Positions 17,391 to 20,115 of a stretch of DNA of 20,115 nucleotides are shown in pieces. The stretch comes from an uncultured archaeon (lineage in GTDB: Archaea; Asgardarchaeota; Thorarchaeia; Thorarchaeales; Thorarchaeaceae), in the NCBI GenBank assembly GCA_964590575.1, contig CAZPWM010000055.1, positions 1 through 20,115 of the forward strand. The letters are read 5' to 3'. The notes below the pieces were generated by a model. That model was not told the origin of the DNA. It saw only the letters and a list, made by a program, of their open reading frames with translations, and ran no database searches. Every line of letters begins with the position of its first letter. Within the stretch, counting starts at the first letter, position 1. The position numbers were made by a program, and so were the translations under genes.

Positions 17391-17638
17391 CTATTAGCAC
17401 CTCATGGAAGACAAGAAACTCTGTCTTCCTCAATTACAATCTGGTGAAAACAGAATCTCAGAACATGCCATATCTGAATTCAAATCTAGATAAGGATAGT
17501 TACATAGACAAAATAGCGATTTAGAGGCAATAAACGAATCCTCTGAATCATATGATTATGAAAGAAGCTGTTCTTGTTATATTAGCAACAAATACATGTA
17601 GCGTTCAACCAAATTTAGATTCACAGGTGAAACCGAGA

Positions 17639-18838
17639 ATGACGAATGAAGCACATTCAGCTGGACCCTCCAGGTATAGGTGGATTGTGCTAATACTTGC
17701 GTGGCTTGTCTATTTTGCATTTGGACTCATCCTCTCTTCCATTCCTCCACTCGTAAACGTCATAGCTGCAGACCTCACATTGACATACTCTGAAATGGGG
17801 ATCATTCTAGGTAGTGTTATTCTGATGTATGTCCCACTTTCGGTTCCTGTGGGTGTAAGCATCGATCGTATCGGACACAAGAAGATGATTACAATGGGAC
17901 TAATTTTGATATCATCTTCAGCTATTCTGCGATCTGTGGTTTTCAATTTTGAAACACTCTTCCTTGTTGTATTCCTGTTTGGCGTTGGAGGCCCAACAGT
18001 TTCAGTTGGCTTGGCAAAGGTAGTAGCGTCATCCTTTGAAGGAAGAGAACGTGGTCTAGCGTCAGGTATCTATATGACTGGAGCTGCATTTGGTTCTGCA
18101 TCAGCCCTGGCATTGACGAATTCCCTCGTTCTTCCACTTGTTGGTACATGGCGAAATGCGTTTTCTTTCTATGGACTCATTGGTCTGATTATTGCTCTTG
18201 GTTGGATTATACTTGCACGTGAATCATCTATTAATCCGGAGCAGGCCAATAAACATTCCTCAACTAGGGAGATATTGCATACTCTTCTAAGGGACAAAGA
18301 TGTCTGGATAGTAGCCATCATTGGTTCAACGACCTTTCTAGTCTTCTATGGATTCGGAAATTGGCTCCCAACTCTATTGGAAGGAAAAGGGATGAGTGCT
18401 GTGGATGCGGGGTATCTTGCCTCAATTCCAACCTGGGTTGGTCTCATCGGGAGTGCAATCATCCCCGGGGTCGCGTTAGCAGGTTCAAGAAAGCTCATAA
18501 TTGCAGGGGCGCTACTGATTGAAGGCATCAGTATGTATGTGGTCGGAATATCTTCAGGATCGTTCCTTCTGGTTTCACTAGTCATCGTTGGAATTATCAG
18601 TGGTGCCATGATGCCACTCATGCTAGTGGTCATGATGGACCTTCCAGAGGTTGGTGCTGAATATACGGGTATTGCTAGTGGACTTTTCTTCTCAATAGGT
18701 GAGTCCATGGGCTTCATTGGACCCATTCTGGTGGGATATCTAACAGATTTGACTAGTAGTTTCTTGCCAGCTCTGTTCATCCTAGCGGTTGTAGTTGAAG
18801 CAATGATCGTACTCGTTGTGTTTCTAAAAGAAACCTGA
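17639..18838 (+). CDS. MFS transporter (CynX-like)
   Basis: YRWIVL N-terminus, motif A GVSIDRIGHKK, ERG.ASG.Y, WLPTLL and GP.LVGYL.D.T. Start re-assigned to ATG 17639 after SD AGGTGA. Confidence 0.92.
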   Translation: MTNEAHSAGPSRYRWIVLILAWLVYFAFGLILSSIPPLVNVIAADLTLTYSEMGIILGSVILMYVPLSVPVGVSIDRIGHKKMITMGLILISSSAILRSVVFNFETLFLVVFLFGVGGPTVSVGLAKVVASSFEGRERGLASGIYMTGAAFGSASALALTNSLVLPLVGTWRNAFSFYGLIGLIIALGWIILARESSINPEQANKHSSTREILHTLLRDKDVWIVAIIGSTTFLVFYGFGNWLPTLLEGKGMSAVDAGYLASIPTWVGLIGSAIIPGVALAGSRKLIIAGALLIEGISMYVVGISSGSFLLVSLVIVGIISGAMMPLMLVVMMDLPEVGAEYTGIASGLFFSIGESMGFIGPILVGYLTDLTSSFLPALFILAVVVEAMIVLVVFLKET

Positions 18839-18872
18839 ATAATCGCCACCCTAGCGAAAAAAAGAAGAAGTG

Positions 18873-18901
18873 TGCTGCAGAGAATTATTGCCTCTGCAGC
18901 A
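18873..18901 (-). terminator. Stem-loop terminator behind the Fe-S gene remnant (possibly bidirectional)
   Basis: 10-bp inverted repeat TGCTGCAGAG-N9-CTCTGCAGCA, followed on the minus strand by CACTTCTTC and a run of Ts. Confidence 0.7.
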
Positions 18902-18910
18902 AATCATTGA

Positions 18911-19024
18911 CTAAAGCAGCTCATCAAGAACTTCCAATAACTCTACAACCTTAAGTCTAGAGCCAAATTCAGAGAGATCTTTACCAGTCTCTTCCTCTTC
19001 TTTCTTCAATGCTTTTATTCCATC
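18911..19024 (-). pseudogene. C-terminal remnant (37 codons plus stop) of a paralog of the adjacent CCG Fe-S protein
   Basis: Translates as DGIKALKKEEEETGKDLSEFGSRLKVVELLEVLDELL*, versus DAVKALKKKEEETGEDLSTEGSKLEVVELLELLDQLIE* in the intact gene: 26/37 identical, ungapped. An in-frame TGA lies immediately upstream. Confidence 0.88.
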
Positions 19025-19096
19025 TCAACAACAGAATACGAATACTAACCGATTTTGCATGAATCTAATTCAAAACCACATAGAAAAAAGAGAATA

Positions 19097-19122
19097 GCGA
19101 CCCCGCAAACTAACGGGGTCAC
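19097..19122 (-). terminator. Stem-loop terminator of the Fe-S gene
   Basis: Minus-strand GUGACCCCGU-UAGUUU-GCGGGGUCGC; two G-U pairs form only on this strand. It is followed by UAUUCUCUUUUUU. Confidence 0.78.
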
Positions 19123-19133
19123 AATCTATTATT

Positions 19134-20108
19134 TTACTCAATTAGCTGGTCAAGAAGCTCCAGTAATTCGACAACTTCGAGTTTCGAACCCTCCGTAGAG
19201 AGGTCCTCACCAGTTTCCTCCTCTTTCTTCTTGAGAGCCTTCACTGCGTCCGTAAAGTTCGTGATACAGAATGGGCAGCTGGTCAACAAGACCTCCGCAC
19301 CTGTCGAAGCAGCCTCTCTGACTCGCTCCAGAGCAGTTTCCATGGCCATGTCTGAGAATTGAGTCTTCACACCGCCTCCAGCGCCGCAACAGAAACTGTT
19401 GCCTTTGATTCTGTACATTTCAACAAGATCAAGACCTGGAATAGCCGCCAGAACTTCGCGTGGGCGGTTGTACCAAGCCTCCTTAGCCTTCGTAGCATTT
19501 CTACTGTCAAGAAGCCAGTTATCAGATTTCTCTAGTATCCCCTTTTCAATAGCCAGACCAATGTGTCGAATAGTATGGCAGGGATCGTGCCATGTGACCT
19601 TCTTGTTGTACGGTGTTTTTATCTTGAGCTTACCATCAAGGATTAGGTCAAGGATTATATCAGGGGTGTGCTTCACGTCGAAAGGCAATGGCTCGCCGCT
19701 CTGCTTCGGATAGTCTACCTTGAAGGTTCTGTAGCACCCTGCACATGAGAATGCTAACATATCGAAGTCTTTGAACATCTCCAAGTTCTCTCTCATTACT
19801 TTCTTGAAGATGTCCTTCTGACCAGTCCGCAAGATTGGTGATCCGCAGCATACCTCATCTGATAGAACTGTGAAGTCAATTCCAACCTTATTGAGAATGC
19901 TCGCAGTGTGCTTGGCTATGTGTTGTTGCCTATAGGCACCAGTGCAACCTACGTAATAAGCTACCTTTGCGTCTTTCTTGTCAAGTACTCCATCAAACCA
20001 AGCTGTGCGCTCTTTCCTCGGGTCATTGTAGGGGTTCCTCAAATCTTGATCCTCAACCCTGTCGCCAATGACCTTGTGTCTACTGAGAGGTTCAACTCCG
20101 GTGCCTCG
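19134..20108 (-). CDS. (Fe-S)-binding protein with two CCG domains (HdrD/GlpC-like oxidoreductase); N-terminal ferredoxin part probably outside the window
   Basis: Motifs YYVGC, EVCCGSP, SCAGCY, WHDPCH, FCCGAGGG and SCPFC. The frame stays open upstream of the tracked TTG (RGTGVEPLSRHKVIGDRVEDQDLRNPY), resembling the usual linker before NP[YW]. Confidence 0.9.
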   Translation of the reverse strand, partial: RGTGVEPLSRHKVIGDRVEDQDLRNPYNDPRKERTAWFDGVLDKKDAKVAYYVGCTGAYRQQHIAKHTASILNKVGIDFTVLSDEVCCGSPILRTGQKDIFKKVMRENLEMFKDFDMLAFSCAGCYRTFKVDYPKQSGEPLPFDVKHTPDIILDLILDGKLKIKTPYNKKVTWHDPCHTIRHIGLAIEKGILEKSDNWLLDSRNATKAKEAWYNRPREVLAAIPGLDLVEMYRIKGNSFCCGAGGGVKTQFSDMAMETALERVREAASTGAEVLLTSCPFCITNFTDAVKALKKKEEETGEDLSTEGSKLEVVELLELLDQLIE

Positions 20109-20115
20109 TCACAGG

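Noticed and set aside
18346-18849. 167-aa minus-strand ORF
   Set aside because: Antisense shadow of the second MFS gene; such shadows are common opposite hydrophobic genes.
18911-19060. Possible small selenoprotein MQNRLVFVFCC-U-DGIKAL... by TGA read-through
   Set aside because: The sequence upstream of the TGA is not homologous to the paralog, and there is no clear SD or recognisable SECIS. A deletion remnant is the simpler explanation.
1-20115. CRISPR arrays, tRNA/rRNA, transposases, integrases, inteins, defence systems
   Set aside because: No regular repeat-spacer pattern, cloverleaf or relevant protein motif seen by eye; intergenic gaps are all about 300 nt or less.

Overview
A gene-dense archaeal housekeeping/metabolic region. 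Evidence for an archaeal source: GGTGA/GGAGGTG ribosome-binding sites, TATA-like promoters, a split methylmalonyl-CoA mutase and a COG2512-type membrane HTH protein. The overall style suggests Asgard/Thorarchaeia, but that is inference only. In order, the window holds: a truncated metallophosphoesterase; biotin ligase; a C45/Ntn-hydrolase-fold protein apparently lacking its Cys nucleophile; an MFS transporter; threonine aldolase; a small TPR protein; a complete methylmalonyl-CoA mutase cassette (epimerase, large subunit, MeaB, B12-binding subunit; transcribed in the reverse order); a membrane-tethered winged-helix regulator paired with a surface glycoprotein; a second, paralogous TPR protein; a helical hypothetical protein; a HAD hydrolase; a two-subunit glutaconate-type CoA-transferase; two tandem paralogous Zn-ribbon, Cys-rich tail-anchored proteins; a DUF998-like membrane protein; another membrane protein; a tandem GNAT; a CynX-like MFS; a 37-codon remnant of a paralogous Fe-S gene with its own terminator; and an HdrD/GlpC-like CCG Fe-S protein at the right edge. 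I found no rRNA, tRNA, CRISPR array or mobile element. The best candidates for uncharacterised biology are the transmembrane regulator/surface protein/palindrome module, the tandem Cys-rich tail-anchored Zn-ribbon pair and the nucleophile-less C45 protein.
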